Translations under genes and position numbers: made by a program
Shown: in pieces, positions 52,726 to 62,394 of the stretch
Layout: each line of letters starts with the position of its first letter
Numbering within the stretch: the stretch's first letter is position 1
From: an uncultured delta proteobacterium
Lineage (GTDB): Bacteria; Myxococcota_A; Polyangia; Fen-1088
NCBI GenBank assembly: GCA_963767925.1
Contig: CAVYGB010000008.1
Span: forward strand, 736,001-800,000
Direction of reading: 5' to 3'
Length of the DNA: 64,000 nt
Notes under the pieces: model-generated
Seen by the model: only the letters and a program-made list of their open reading frames with translations
What the model was told of the DNA's origin: nothing
Database searches by the model: none

Positions 52726-54540
52726 ATGACTCTTGTTCGCCGGCCAACCGTGGTGGTTCTTTCGCTCGCACTGGCGAGCACCCTCGCTTGCTCCAACGAA
52801 GGCGGCGGCACGCCGCCAGGACCTCCCGGCACCGGCGGCTCCGGTGGATCGGGCGGTCGACCAGGCGTGGCCGGCTCCGGTGGCAGCGGTGGCGCAGGTG
52901 GTGGCGCTCCCGCCTCCGTCGACGCCCGCTCCCCCGACACCAGCTCCCCCTCCGTGGACGCGGCCCCGGCCGCGGTGCCGGCGCCCGAGGACTTCGCCTG
53001 GCTCGCCAAGCCGTTGCCGGTGCTCTGGATTACCCTCAACGGCGCGGCCATCGTCGCTCCGGGCCAGCCGAAGGCGATGCGCACGCTCGGCAGCGTCAAG
53101 GTGATCCAGGATCACGACGGCTCGGCCTTGACCAGCGTCGATGGCAAGACCATCGCGCTCGATGCCCCGATCCTGATCGAGGGCCGCGGCTCGAGCTCCT
53201 TCACCGCCGGCGCCAAGTTCATGGGCGCGCAGGGCTACAACATGGAGTTCCACGACGGCAACCGCGACGGCGTTGGCCGTCAGCTCTTCGGCTTGCCGCA
53301 GAACGCGGACTGGGCGCTCGTCACTTGCGTCTCCGACAAGACTTGCATGCGGAACGCTTTGACCTACGCCATAGGCCAGGAGCTGGCCGGCCCCATGGGC
53401 CGCTGGGCGCCGCGCTTCCGCTGGGCCGAGGTGTACATCGACGGCGTCTACAACGGCGTCTACACGGTGGCGGAGAAGCCGAAGGACGACAAGTTCCGGG
53501 TCAACCTCCCCAACGTCGCCGACAACGCCGCCCCCAACGAGACGCCTTACCTCATCAACGCCGACGGAGACTGCCGGGCGGCGTACGCCTTCGATCCCCT
53601 CGATCCGAAGAGCGAGTTCCTCGACGAGCGGGGCCGGATGTCAGCGCCGCCGGCCGGCATGATGGGCTGTGCGACCACCCGCGTGCCGGGCAATCGCCGC
53701 TGGAAGGTCCGTTCTCCCAACCCCGACACCAAGCTGACCGACGCCCAGCGGATGTACCTCCCGCAGGCCTTCGATCAGATGACGAAGGCGCTCGACGCCG
53801 GCACCGGTGACTGGAAGGCGAAGGTCGATCTCCCGAGCTTCCTCGATTACTTCGTGATCTCGGAGTTCACCAACAACGTCGATGCCTTCTTCAAGAGCTG
53901 GTACATGTACAAGCTGCCCGACAGCATGGGCGGCAAGTGGTACATGGGCCCGATCTGGGACTACGACCTGGCCTATGGCAACGCGAACTACTACTTCCGC
54001 CAGTGCGCCACCAACACGCAGATCGGGCCGCTCGCGAAGGAAACCCCGATGGCCAGCGCCAAGGACGACGCGGCTCCGCCCTGGGCGCTCGCGCCGCTCA
54101 AGGACACCGCGGTGGCCAACGACCTGCGCTGCCGCTGGAACACGCTGCGCACCGACGGGCCGCTCGCGCTGGCCAAGCTGGAGGCCCGCATCGACGCCTT
54201 CGTCGCCCACCTGCGCACCGCCAAGGCCCGGGACACAGCCAAGTGGATGAACTATCCGAAGTACGTCTGGCCGAACAACCACGTCGCGATGAGCTGGGAC
54301 GACGACGTCCGCTACCTCAAGTTCTGGATCCGGACCCGACTGGCCTGGGTTGATCGCACCCTGGCCGGCACCTGCGCGGCCACCCCCAATCCTCCGATGG
54401 TCCCGCAGATGCAGCCGCCGCCGAGCGCACCGGTCAGCCGGGCCATCGAGATGTGGGGCGGCGAGTCGCTCGATCGCTTCAGCGACTATGTCCCGATCCT
54501 CGGCAACACGCCCGCCGAGTGGTCCTGCCCCGGTCGCTGA
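52726..54540 (+). CDS. CotH kinase-family lipoprotein
   Basis: RBS AAGGAG; lipobox STLAC; Gly linker; GRGSSS, DKTCMRN, YNGVY...EK, NNVDAF, GPIWDYDLAYGN. Confidence 0.85.
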   Translation: MTLVRRPTVVVLSLALASTLACSNEGGGTPPGPPGTGGSGGSGGRPGVAGSGGSGGAGGGAPASVDARSPDTSSPSVDAAPAAVPAPEDFAWLAKPLPVLWITLNGAAIVAPGQPKAMRTLGSVKVIQDHDGSALTSVDGKTIALDAPILIEGRGSSSFTAGAKFMGAQGYNMEFHDGNRDGVGRQLFGLPQNADWALVTCVSDKTCMRNALTYAIGQELAGPMGRWAPRFRWAEVYIDGVYNGVYTVAEKPKDDKFRVNLPNVADNAAPNETPYLINADGDCRAAYAFDPLDPKSEFLDERGRMSAPPAGMMGCATTRVPGNRRWKVRSPNPDTKLTDAQRMYLPQAFDQMTKALDAGTGDWKAKVDLPSFLDYFVISEFTNNVDAFFKSWYMYKLPDSMGGKWYMGPIWDYDLAYGNANYYFRQCATNTQIGPLAKETPMASAKDDAAPPWALAPLKDTAVANDLRCRWNTLRTDGPLALAKLEARIDAFVAHLRTAKARDTAKWMNYPKYVWPNNHVAMSWDDDVRYLKFWIRTRLAWVDRTLAGTCAATPNPPMVPQMQPPPSAPVSRAIEMWGGESLDRFSDYVPILGNTPAEWSCPGR

Positions 54541-54829
54541 CAGGTCCCCCCGGTCCAGCGGCTCGGGCACGCGCGTTGCCGGAGCCGTTGCACAGCCGTC
54601 ACATTTACTTCCTCTGAGTTTAATGTTCATAGAATCGAGCGGAATTAAAACGACCGGTGGGGGCACGGTGGGTGCCAATGTCCCCCGCAGGGATCGTGGG
54701 AAGTTTGGATTCAATCGATTTCATGGCGCCAATCCAGGGCTCTCGCCTAGCGTCCCGAAAAGGGATATTCCTTGTGCGGGGAGCTTAGGCCCCTAGGGGT
54801 TCATCTCGTGGACCGAAAGGACTAAGGCG

Positions 54830-57601
54830 ATGTCGCGGTTAGCCAGTCGAGTATTTGTTCTAGGTGCGGCTGCCCTCATGCTGTTGCCCTCGGTGGCCTG
54901 GGCCCAGGGCGGCGCGAGCGGAAGCTTGGTCGGTATGGTCGTCGATCAGACGGGCCAGCCGATGAGCGGGGTGAAGATCAGCGCCCGCTCGGACACGCAG
55001 ATCGGCGGGGCCAAGGTGACGTACACCAACGACACCGGTGAGTTCCGGGTCGTCGGGCTCATCCCCGGCACCTTCGAGGTGACGGCCACCGTGCCGAAGA
55101 TGAGGACGGTCCATCAGAAGGGGGTCAACGTCGGCGTCAATGCGGCGGCCGAGGTGACCATGATGATGGAGGTCGAGACGGCGACCGAAGAGGTCAAGGT
55201 CATCGAGCGCGCCCCGGTGGTCAGCACCAAGAGCGCGGTGGTCAAGGAGGTCTTCGACTCCGAGTTCGTCGACCAGATCCCCTCCGACTTCAAGGCGGGG
55301 GCGGAGAGCGTGGTGGCCACCAGCGTGCCCGGCTCGGTCGTCGTCGGTTTCCGTGGCGCCCGCATCCGCGGCGGCGCCCAGAACCAGACCGGCTTCCTGG
55401 TCGAAGGTTTCCACATGAACGGCCAGCGCAGCACCCTCAAGGGCATGGCCGCGCTCGAGGTCCAGGGAGCGGGCTACGGCGCCGAATACGCGCCTTACGC
55501 CGGCGGGGTCGTCAACATGGTGACCAAGTCCGGATCGAACCGGCACGAGATCGACCTCAACGGCTACATCGAGGACAACCGGCTGAGCTTCTTCCTCGAC
55601 AACCAGGACTCGCGCGAGCGCTCCTACTTCTACGTCTTCAACCCCAACGTCTCGGGGCCCATCATCAAGGACAAGGTCTGGTACTTCGTCAACTTCGAGG
55701 CCCGGCCCGAGCTTGTCGTCGATCCCCCGGATCCCCTCGGCCTGGCCCCCAAGACGCCCGACTACCGCTACTTCAGCTTGCGCGGATCGGGGAAGATCAC
55801 CTGGCAGATCAGCCCCCGCAACAAGCTGGTCAACTTCACCAACTTCAACCTGCGGAGCAACTACAACAACGTCCGCGGCTACAACACCTACGCCGAGCCC
55901 GAGGCGCAGACCCGCCAGGACGACCGGGACATCTTCACCGGCTTCATCTGGGAGTCGCTCCTCACCGACAACACCTTCCTCAAGAGCCAGGTCGGCGTGC
56001 AGCGCTTCCAGCAGCAGGTGGGCCCGCAGCTCTGCCAGGCCGACCCCGATGCCTGTCTGCACACCCCCTCGGTGATCCAGACCTTCCCCCGGACGGTCGT
56101 CTCGGGCAACGCCCGGACCCACACCCAGACGATCACCCAGAAGCTCCAGTTCATCAACACGCTGCAGTTCTTTCCGGCCAGCCGGCGCTTCGGGGAGCAC
56201 GACATCCGGCTGAAGAACGACTACTACATCGAGGGCGCCGAGCGCGCCGCCTCGACCCCGGGGAACATGGAGACCTTCCTGGCGGGCCCCACGCCCGACC
56301 GACAGGTCGAATATTTCGCCAATGATCCGCGACTGGAGGACGCCCGCGCCGGCTGGTTCATCCGGAGCAGCGGGAGCTGGCGGAACGTGCTCTCGCTGTC
56401 GGACTCGATGCGGATCGCCCGCTACCTGACGCTCACCCCCGGTGTCGCCCTCACCACCGCCCGGGCCTTCAACAGCCTCGGCGAAACGCCCCTCAGCGTG
56501 AACGCCTTCACGCCGCATTTCGCGGCGGCCTGGGACGCCACCCAGGACGGTAGGACCGTGCTTCGAGGCAGTTTCAACCACTACGTCGACGTCGATGCGG
56601 CAGGAATCGCCAACTTCACCGTTGGGGACCGTGTCTCGCGCACGTGTTTGTGGGATGCACCTTCCCAGACCTACAGTGGGAGCTGCACCTTTGCCGGAGG
56701 CTTGTCTGGCCGGACTATTGGCTTGCCCTGCGGGGCGACGGGTTTCGACGCCAGCGGGCAGCCCTGTAGACAGAAGTTAAAGGCTCCCCGGACCTGGGAG
56801 TACACCGTTGGTGCGGAGCGAGAGGTGGTTGCCGGCGTCGCTCTTTCGGCGGACGTGATCTACCGGAAGTACACCAACCAGTACGAGATCTTCGAGACCA
56901 ACCGGATCTGGAACCGTTCGGGTTCTTCTCTCGAACCTAGCGGCTCTTTCCGGAACGGCCGCAGCCAGGTCATCCAGGACATCCAGACCCCCGAGAGCGC
57001 GCAGCGTTCTTACCTCGGCAATACCATCGGCATTCACAAGCGGGAGGGTGCCCTCAAGGTCAACGTCGGCTACACGTTGAGTTTCCTCAAGGGCACCGTC
57101 CTCGATGGCATGGGGAATCCCTACGGCGACATCACGGGGCGGGACTTGTTCCTCAACGGATACCTTGTCGACGACTCGCGCCACAATATCCGGATGACCA
57201 GCACGTACCAGTGGAGTCGTTGGCTGAGCACGGGCGTGCTCTACGACTACAAGTCGGGCCGCCCATACCAGCGCCTCTACCGGAACACCGTTACCGGGGG
57301 GTTCGAGGACTACCGCGCCCGGGTGGGCATCAACCCCGGGAACAACCTCAATGACCCTCTCGACGACCGCGAGTTGCGCCTCCCCGACATTCAGGAACTG
57401 GGCGTGCAGTTCCGGGCCAACCTGGCTTCGATCCTCGGTGTTCAACTGGAAACCTACGCCGACGTCATGAACGTGCTCGGGTTGCGTACCACCCTTGCAG
57501 TGGTCCAGCAGGACGGTCCAACTTGGGGGACCCCGGTGGGCGGTCCGGAGGGGCGGATGAAGCCGTTCCGCCTCCGCCTCGGCGCCCGCTTCAAGTGGTA
57601 G
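54830..57601 (+). CDS. Oar-like TonB-dependent receptor with carboxypeptidase-regulatory-like N-terminal domain
   Basis: Signal peptide; GSLVGMVVDQTGQPMSGV; plug GYGAEY...GGVVNMVTKSGSN; SGPIIKDKVWYF; C-terminal RLGARFKW. Confidence 0.88.
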   Translation: MSRLASRVFVLGAAALMLLPSVAWAQGGASGSLVGMVVDQTGQPMSGVKISARSDTQIGGAKVTYTNDTGEFRVVGLIPGTFEVTATVPKMRTVHQKGVNVGVNAAAEVTMMMEVETATEEVKVIERAPVVSTKSAVVKEVFDSEFVDQIPSDFKAGAESVVATSVPGSVVVGFRGARIRGGAQNQTGFLVEGFHMNGQRSTLKGMAALEVQGAGYGAEYAPYAGGVVNMVTKSGSNRHEIDLNGYIEDNRLSFFLDNQDSRERSYFYVFNPNVSGPIIKDKVWYFVNFEARPELVVDPPDPLGLAPKTPDYRYFSLRGSGKITWQISPRNKLVNFTNFNLRSNYNNVRGYNTYAEPEAQTRQDDRDIFTGFIWESLLTDNTFLKSQVGVQRFQQQVGPQLCQADPDACLHTPSVIQTFPRTVVSGNARTHTQTITQKLQFINTLQFFPASRRFGEHDIRLKNDYYIEGAERAASTPGNMETFLAGPTPDRQVEYFANDPRLEDARAGWFIRSSGSWRNVLSLSDSMRIARYLTLTPGVALTTARAFNSLGETPLSVNAFTPHFAAAWDATQDGRTVLRGSFNHYVDVDAAGIANFTVGDRVSRTCLWDAPSQTYSGSCTFAGGLSGRTIGLPCGATGFDASGQPCRQKLKAPRTWEYTVGAEREVVAGVALSADVIYRKYTNQYEIFETNRIWNRSGSSLEPSGSFRNGRSQVIQDIQTPESAQRSYLGNTIGIHKREGALKVNVGYTLSFLKGTVLDGMGNPYGDITGRDLFLNGYLVDDSRHNIRMTSTYQWSRWLSTGVLYDYKSGRPYQRLYRNTVTGGFEDYRARVGINPGNNLNDPLDDRELRLPDIQELGVQFRANLASILGVQLETYADVMNVLGLRTTLAVVQQDGPTWGTPVGGPEGRMKPFRLRLGARFKW

Positions 57602-58382
57602 CGGCCGACCGCGCGTGAAGGAAAATTCCCGTCGCGGTGGCGACGTTGAGGGAATCGGCCTTCGCGCGCGCCATCGGGATGGTCACGAGCTCCTGACAGA
57701 CGGCCCTGGCCTCGGCACCGAGGCCGGGGCCTTCTGCGCCGAAGAGCAGGGCCACCCGCTCGGGCCAGGAAAACCGGCCGAGGGGCGTGGCCCCGTCGGC
57801 CAGGACGGCGCCGACCGGGGTGAGTCCCCCGGACCGGCATAACCGGTCGAGGTCCCCCGGCCAGTCCTGGCAGCGCAGGATGGGCAGGAAGAAGACGGTC
57901 CCCATCGAGACCCGGATCGCCTTCCGATAGAAGGGATCCGCCGTGCGGGGGGACAGGATCACGGCGTCGGCGTCGAAGGCGGCGGCGTTCCGGATGGCCG
58001 CCCCGACGTTGTCGACGTCCACCAGGTCTTCCAGGACCACCACGGTGCGGGCTCCGGGCGGGAGGGTCGCCGGCGCGGGGCGCTGTCCCAGCGCCAGGCA
58101 GCCGCGGTGCACATGGAACCCGGCCACGGCGTCGAGCAGGGCCTGGGGGCCCAGGTAGACCGGCACCCGCGGTCGCAGGCGATCCTGCAGGCTCTGGAGA
58201 TGGCCCGCGGTGAGCAGGACCGATCGTACGGCGAGCGGGCTCTCGAGGAGCTTGCGCACCACCGGCTCGCTCTCGGCGATGAAGGTGTCCCCTGCCGCCC
58301 GGAGCGCCCGGTCCTTGAGGTTGCGGTAGGCGTCGAGCCGCGGGTCGGCGGCGTCGCTGACCGCGTGCAGGTCGAGGGTCAC
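57591..58382 (-). CDS. TrmH/SpoU family RNA methyltransferase
   Basis: LEDLVDVDNVGAAIRNAAAF, RVSMG, GAEGPGL, IPM...DSLNVATA. GTG start overlaps the upstream stop. Confidence 0.9.
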   Translation of the reverse strand: MTLDLHAVSDAADPRLDAYRNLKDRALRAAGDTFIAESEPVVRKLLESPLAVRSVLLTAGHLQSLQDRLRPRVPVYLGPQALLDAVAGFHVHRGCLALGQRPAPATLPPGARTVVVLEDLVDVDNVGAAIRNAAAFDADAVILSPRTADPFYRKAIRVSMGTVFFLPILRCQDWPGDLDRLCRSGGLTPVGAVLADGATPLGRFSWPERVALLFGAEGPGLGAEARAVCQELVTIPMARAKADSLNVATATGIFLHARSAATT

Positions 58383-60472
58383 GCCCGCCAGCGCGCCAGG
58401 CCTTCCATGAGGGCCGCGAACTCCGGAAAGTCGAGGCTCTGGTCGGCGTCGGACTGGGCCTTTTCCGGCTCGGGATGCACCTCGATGAGCAACCCGTGGG
58501 CGCCGCAGGCGCGCGCCGCCCAGGCCATCGGGGCGACGTAGGCCCGGCGGCCGGTGCCCTGGCTGGGATCGACGAGCACCGGCAAGTGGGTCCGCTCGCG
58601 CACCACCACCACCGCCGACAGATCCAGGGTGTTCGGGGTGGCGCTCTCGAAGGTGCGGATGCCCCGCTCGCACAGGATGACCTGCCCGTTGCCGTGAGAC
58701 AGCAGGTATTCCGCGGCCGCCAGCCACTCGTCGATGGTCGCCGACAGCCCCCGCTTCAGCAGCACGGGGCGGTTGATCTTGGCGACCTCGCCCAGCAGGG
58801 GGAAGTTCTGCATGTTGCGCGCGCCGATCTGGAGGATGTCGGCGCGGTCGGCCACCAGGCGCACGTCCTCGGGCGACATCACCTCGGTCACGACCGGCAT
58901 GCCCACGGAGCGGCCCGCCGCGGCCAGCAGGTCGAGCCCGGGCAGGCCGAGCCCGGCAAAGCCCTCGGGGCTGGTCCGCGAGCGGAACACGCCCCCCCGC
59001 AGCACGTGGGCCCCGCGATCCCGCACGAAGCGGGCGGTCGATCGGATCTGGTCCTCGGACTCCACCGAGGCCGGGCCCGCCATGACGACGAAACCGTTGC
59101 CGCCGATCAGGAGGTTGCCGACCCGGACCAGGGTGTCCTCGCTGCGCGAGCCCCGTCCGACGAGGCGCTGGCGGGTCGGCCGGGGCCGGCTAGCGGGAAT
59201 CTCCGCGGCGACCGGCGGGGGAGGGGGCATCGCGACGGCGCGCTCGGGCGCGAGGGCAGGACCGCCGGGCGCGGGCGACCGGATGCCGGGCAGGTGGGCC
59301 TCGACCGGTGTGGCCTTGGCCGGGTAGCAGCCCAGGACCTTGAGGAACAGCGCCCGGGCCCGCAGCTCGTCGAGCGCAGCGGCGACCCGGGGGTCGGCGG
59401 TGTTCCCCTCGAAGTCGGTGAAGAACATGTATTCCCAGGGCCGGTCGGGGTGGGGCCGCGATTCCAGCTTGGTGAGGCTCAGGCCGTGGTTACCGAGCGT
59501 CTCCACGCAGCGCAGGAGGGCGCCGTGCTCGTGGCGGGTGGAGAGGATCAGGCTGGTCTTGCAGGGGATGCGGGCGTCGAACGTCACCGGGGCCCGGGCC
59601 AGCGCGACATAGCGGTGCAGGATCTCCTCGTGGTTGCCGATCCCCCGCCGCACGACCGTGAGGCCGTGGGCCTCGGCCGCCTCGGGTGAGCCGACCGCGA
59701 GCTGGGTGGGGTCCTGGGCCTCGGCCACCAGGCGCATCGCCTCGGCGGTGTCCACCACCGGCACCGCCCGGGCGTTGGGCAGGGCATCGAGAAAGACCGA
59801 GCACTGCTCGAGGGCCAGCGGGTGAGAGAGGACCCGCTGCACCGCCGACAGCGGCACGTCGGACAGGCCACACAGGCAGAGGTCGACCTTGATGGTCTCC
59901 TCCCCCACGATGTGCAGGTCCTTCTCCCGCAACACGTCGTAGACCTGGTTGATCGATCCGGCGGCGGTGCTCTCGATGTTGAGGAAGGCCAGGTGCACCG
60001 CGGCCGCCTCCAGCGCCCCCACCACCTCCTTGATCGAGGGCTGCCCCACGAACTCGGCCGGCTCGTCGAGCTCGCTGGTGAACTTCTGGGCGGCCAGGTG
60101 GTTGAAGGTGAAGGGCGTTCCGACGTAGGCCACCCGCAGCAGCCCCGCCTCCGGACCGAGTCCGGTGAGGGTGCTGGCCTGCCGGCTGACCGAGTGGGCG
60201 ATGAGCTCGGAGAAGATCTTCCGCGCCAGCGGCACCGAGATGCCCGCCGCCCGGGCCAGCGACTCGACCCGGGTCAGGATCTCGTGCTCGCGGCGCGAGT
60301 CCCGGATGCCCGAGGTGCGTCCCTGCTTCTCGGCGATGATGAGCCCGATGGTCTCCATCCGGGAGGCGATCAGGCGGACCAGCTCCTCGTCGATGCCGTC
60401 GAGCTTCTGGCGCAGCTCGCGCAGCGCGGGGGTTGACGCGGGGGGTGGGGGGCGACCTTGGTTCTCGCTCAT
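58379..60472 (-). CDS. Fusion of chorismate mutase (AroQ), prephenate dehydratase-ACT and DAHP synthase Ibeta-like domains; latter two degenerate
   Basis: [19 protein letters not shown]...RDSRRE...[45 protein letters not shown]. Start ATG 60472. Confidence 0.88.
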   Translation of the reverse strand: MSENQGRPPPPASTPALRELRQKLDGIDEELVRLIASRMETIGLIIAEKQGRTSGIRDSRREHEILTRVESLARAAGISVPLARKIFSELIAHSVSRQASTLTGLGPEAGLLRVAYVGTPFTFNHLAAQKFTSELDEPAEFVGQPSIKEVVGALEAAAVHLAFLNIESTAAGSINQVYDVLREKDLHIVGEETIKVDLCLCGLSDVPLSAVQRVLSHPLALEQCSVFLDALPNARAVPVVDTAEAMRLVAEAQDPTQLAVGSPEAAEAHGLTVVRRGIGNHEEILHRYVALARAPVTFDARIPCKTSLILSTRHEHGALLRCVETLGNHGLSLTKLESRPHPDRPWEYMFFTDFEGNTADPRVAAALDELRARALFLKVLGCYPAKATPVEAHLPGIRSPAPGGPALAPERAVAMPPPPPVAAEIPASRPRPTRQRLVGRGSRSEDTLVRVGNLLIGGNGFVVMAGPASVESEDQIRSTARFVRDRGAHVLRGGVFRSRTSPEGFAGLGLPGLDLLAAAGRSVGMPVVTEVMSPEDVRLVADRADILQIGARNMQNFPLLGEVAKINRPVLLKRGLSATIDEWLAAAEYLLSHGNGQVILCERGIRTFESATPNTLDLSAVVVVRERTHLPVLVDPSQGTGRRAYVAPMAWAARACGAHGLLIEVHPEPEKAQSDADQSLDFPEFAALMEGLARWRA

Positions 60473-61368
60473 GACGATCGGTCCTGTCCGGGCATCTCTG
60501 CCCGCGGATAGGTGCCCAGGACGCGCACGCTCTCGGAGGAGACCGTCAGCTTCTCGAGGGCCCGGGCGATGGCCGGGTCGGCCGGATCGCCCATGAAGTC
60601 GAGGTAGAAGGAATACTCCCAGGGGCGGCCCGGGATGGGGCGCGATTCGATCTTGGTGAGGTTCACGCCCCGCTCGGCGAAGGCGGCCAGCGCCTGGTGC
60701 AGCCCCCCCGGCTGATGGGCGGTGCGAAACACGATGCTGGTCTTTGGCTCCCCCGCGGCCGGAGCGGCGCTGCGGCCGCCGGCGGTCCGATCCGGGCGGG
60801 TGATCACAACGAAACGGGTGAAGTTCTGGGGGTCGCTCTCGACGCCGGCCACCAGGATCTGGGCCTGCCAGGCCCGGGCCGCGTTTTCGCTGGCGATGGC
60901 CGCCTCGTCCCGGCGGCCCGCCTCCACCACGAGCTTCACGCTGCCCGCGGTGTCGTAGGCCGCGACAGCCTCCAGGGCGGAGTGCTCGCGCAGAAACCGT
61001 TCGCACTGGGCCAGGGCCACCGGGTGCGAGTAGACCCGGCGGATGTCGCCGAGGGCCGCGCCCGGCAGGCCGATGAGGTTGTGCACGACCCGGATCACCA
61101 CCTCGCCCGTCATGGTGACGTCGTGCTCGAGCAGCAGGTCGTAGCTCTTGATGACCGAGCCGGCCAGCGTGTTCTCGATGGGCACCACGCCGGCGTCGGC
61201 TGCTCCCGCCACCACGGCCTCGAAGAGCTGCTCGAAGTCCCGGCAGGGCACCGCCCGGACGGCGGGGCCGAAATATTGACGGGCAGCTTCCTCGGAGAAG
61301 GCGCCACGTTCGCCCTGGAAAGCCGCCACCGTCTGCTTGCTGGGGGGCGTGCTTCCCGGGGCGTTCAT
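60469..61368 (-). CDS. pheA: Prephenate dehydratase (PDT-ACT)
   Basis: AFQGERGAFSE, PIENTLAGSV, SHPVALAQC, NFTRF, LTKIESRP, WEYSFYLD. Confidence 0.92.
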   Translation of the reverse strand: MNAPGSTPPSKQTVAAFQGERGAFSEEAARQYFGPAVRAVPCRDFEQLFEAVVAGAADAGVVPIENTLAGSVIKSYDLLLEHDVTMTGEVVIRVVHNLIGLPGAALGDIRRVYSHPVALAQCERFLREHSALEAVAAYDTAGSVKLVVEAGRRDEAAIASENAARAWQAQILVAGVESDPQNFTRFVVITRPDRTAGGRSAAPAAGEPKTSIVFRTAHQPGGLHQALAAFAERGVNLTKIESRPIPGRPWEYSFYLDFMGDPADPAIARALEKLTVSSESVRVLGTYPRAEMPGQDRSS

Positions 61369-61373
61369 CGTCG

Positions 61374-62063
61374 CTACTGTCCTGGAGAACGCATCTTATA
61401 CCCCACGTGCCGCACAGTCTCGATGACATCGCCGCCCGTTCCCAGCTTGGCGCGTAGCCGCCGCACGTGGATGTCCACTGTGCGGGTGTTGCCGGTGTAC
61501 CGGTAGCCCCAGACCCGCGACAGGAGCTGCTCGCGGGTGAACACGCGCCCGGCGCCTGCGGCCAGGAACTTCAGGAGCTGGAACTCCTGACGCGGCAGCT
61601 TGAGGGCCCGGCCCCGGTGGGTGACCTCGACGGCCACGGTGTCGATGACGAGGTCGCCGAGCTTGATCCGGCCGGCCGCCCGGAAAGACGACAGCCGCCA
61701 GTCGAGCTGCCGGACCCGGGCATAGAGCTCGGGGCCCACGATGGGGGAGAGGATGAAGTCGTCGACGCCTAGCTCGGGGTCGAGGTTGGGCAGACGCGAC
61801 ACCTCCACGCAGAGGAGCACGGGGATGTCGGTCAGCGAGCTCACCTGACGCACCCGCTTGACGGCCGCCCGGCCGACCTCGAGGTAACCGCCGGCGTCGA
61901 TCACCACCACCGACGGGCGGGGATGTTCGATGTCGTCGGGCAGATCGTCGAGGTCGTATCCGACCGCGGTCACCGTGCACCCCAGCTCGTGCAGGCATGC
62001 GGCAGGCGTATCGGGCTCGTTGACCGCAGAGCCAGGTTTCGATGTGACAACTAGAGCGCGCAT
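61374..62063 (-). CDS. Orphan OmpR-family regulator with atypical receiver, GlnR-like
   Basis: wHTH EFQLLKFL...REQLLSRVWGY...TRTVDIHVRRLRAKLG; receiver lacks the acidic pair and the conserved Lys (VDDFILSP). Confidence 0.8.
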   Translation of the reverse strand: MRALVVTSKPGSAVNEPDTPAACLHELGCTVTAVGYDLDDLPDDIEHPRPSVVVIDAGGYLEVGRAAVKRVRQVSSLTDIPVLLCVEVSRLPNLDPELGVDDFILSPIVGPELYARVRQLDWRLSSFRAAGRIKLGDLVIDTVAVEVTHRGRALKLPRQEFQLLKFLAAGAGRVFTREQLLSRVWGYRYTGNTRTVDIHVRRLRAKLGTGGDVIETVRHVGYKMRSPGQ

Positions 62064-62155
62064 TACTTAGAAACATACGATGTGGGTGCGAATAGCAAGC
62101 CGGGTTTCACGGCGAATACCTGCAATGAGCACCGTCGCATGTATCCGGAGGCCTC

Positions 62156-62191
62156 TGAAACAATCAGGTTTCAATGTTTCCGAATCATTTC
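62156..62191. promoter_or_regulatory. Candidate operator: TGAAAC-N6-GTTTCA palindrome plus GTTTC/ATTTC direct repeat 11 bp apart
   Basis: Seen in the AT-rich spacer between the divergent regulator and gltB. Confidence 0.4.
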
Positions 62192-62394
62192 GGCTCCAAA
62201 ACCACGGGCCAGGGTGGGCAAAGGTGATTTACAGGCGTCGAAAGTGGGTGCTAGGTTTTCGAATTCAGTAAGGACCTGCTGGCTGATCTGGGGGGCGTCA
62301 CTGCATGACCTGCGCGGGTTTCCGCTCGGGCCGCACCCAGCGCGGAACGCCGCGCGGAAAGGCTGCGGCAGGCGCAGGGAGGCCGAAAGCAGTC

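Noticed and set aside
58379..59150. Degenerate DAHPS domain as KDO8P synthase
   Set aside because: Lacks the KANRS motif; the rest of the domain ([16 protein letters not shown]) is DAHPS Ibeta-like.
58379..61429. 1016-aa ORF as one protein
   Set aside because: Its first ~318 aa are an off-frame reading of pheA; the real start is 60472.
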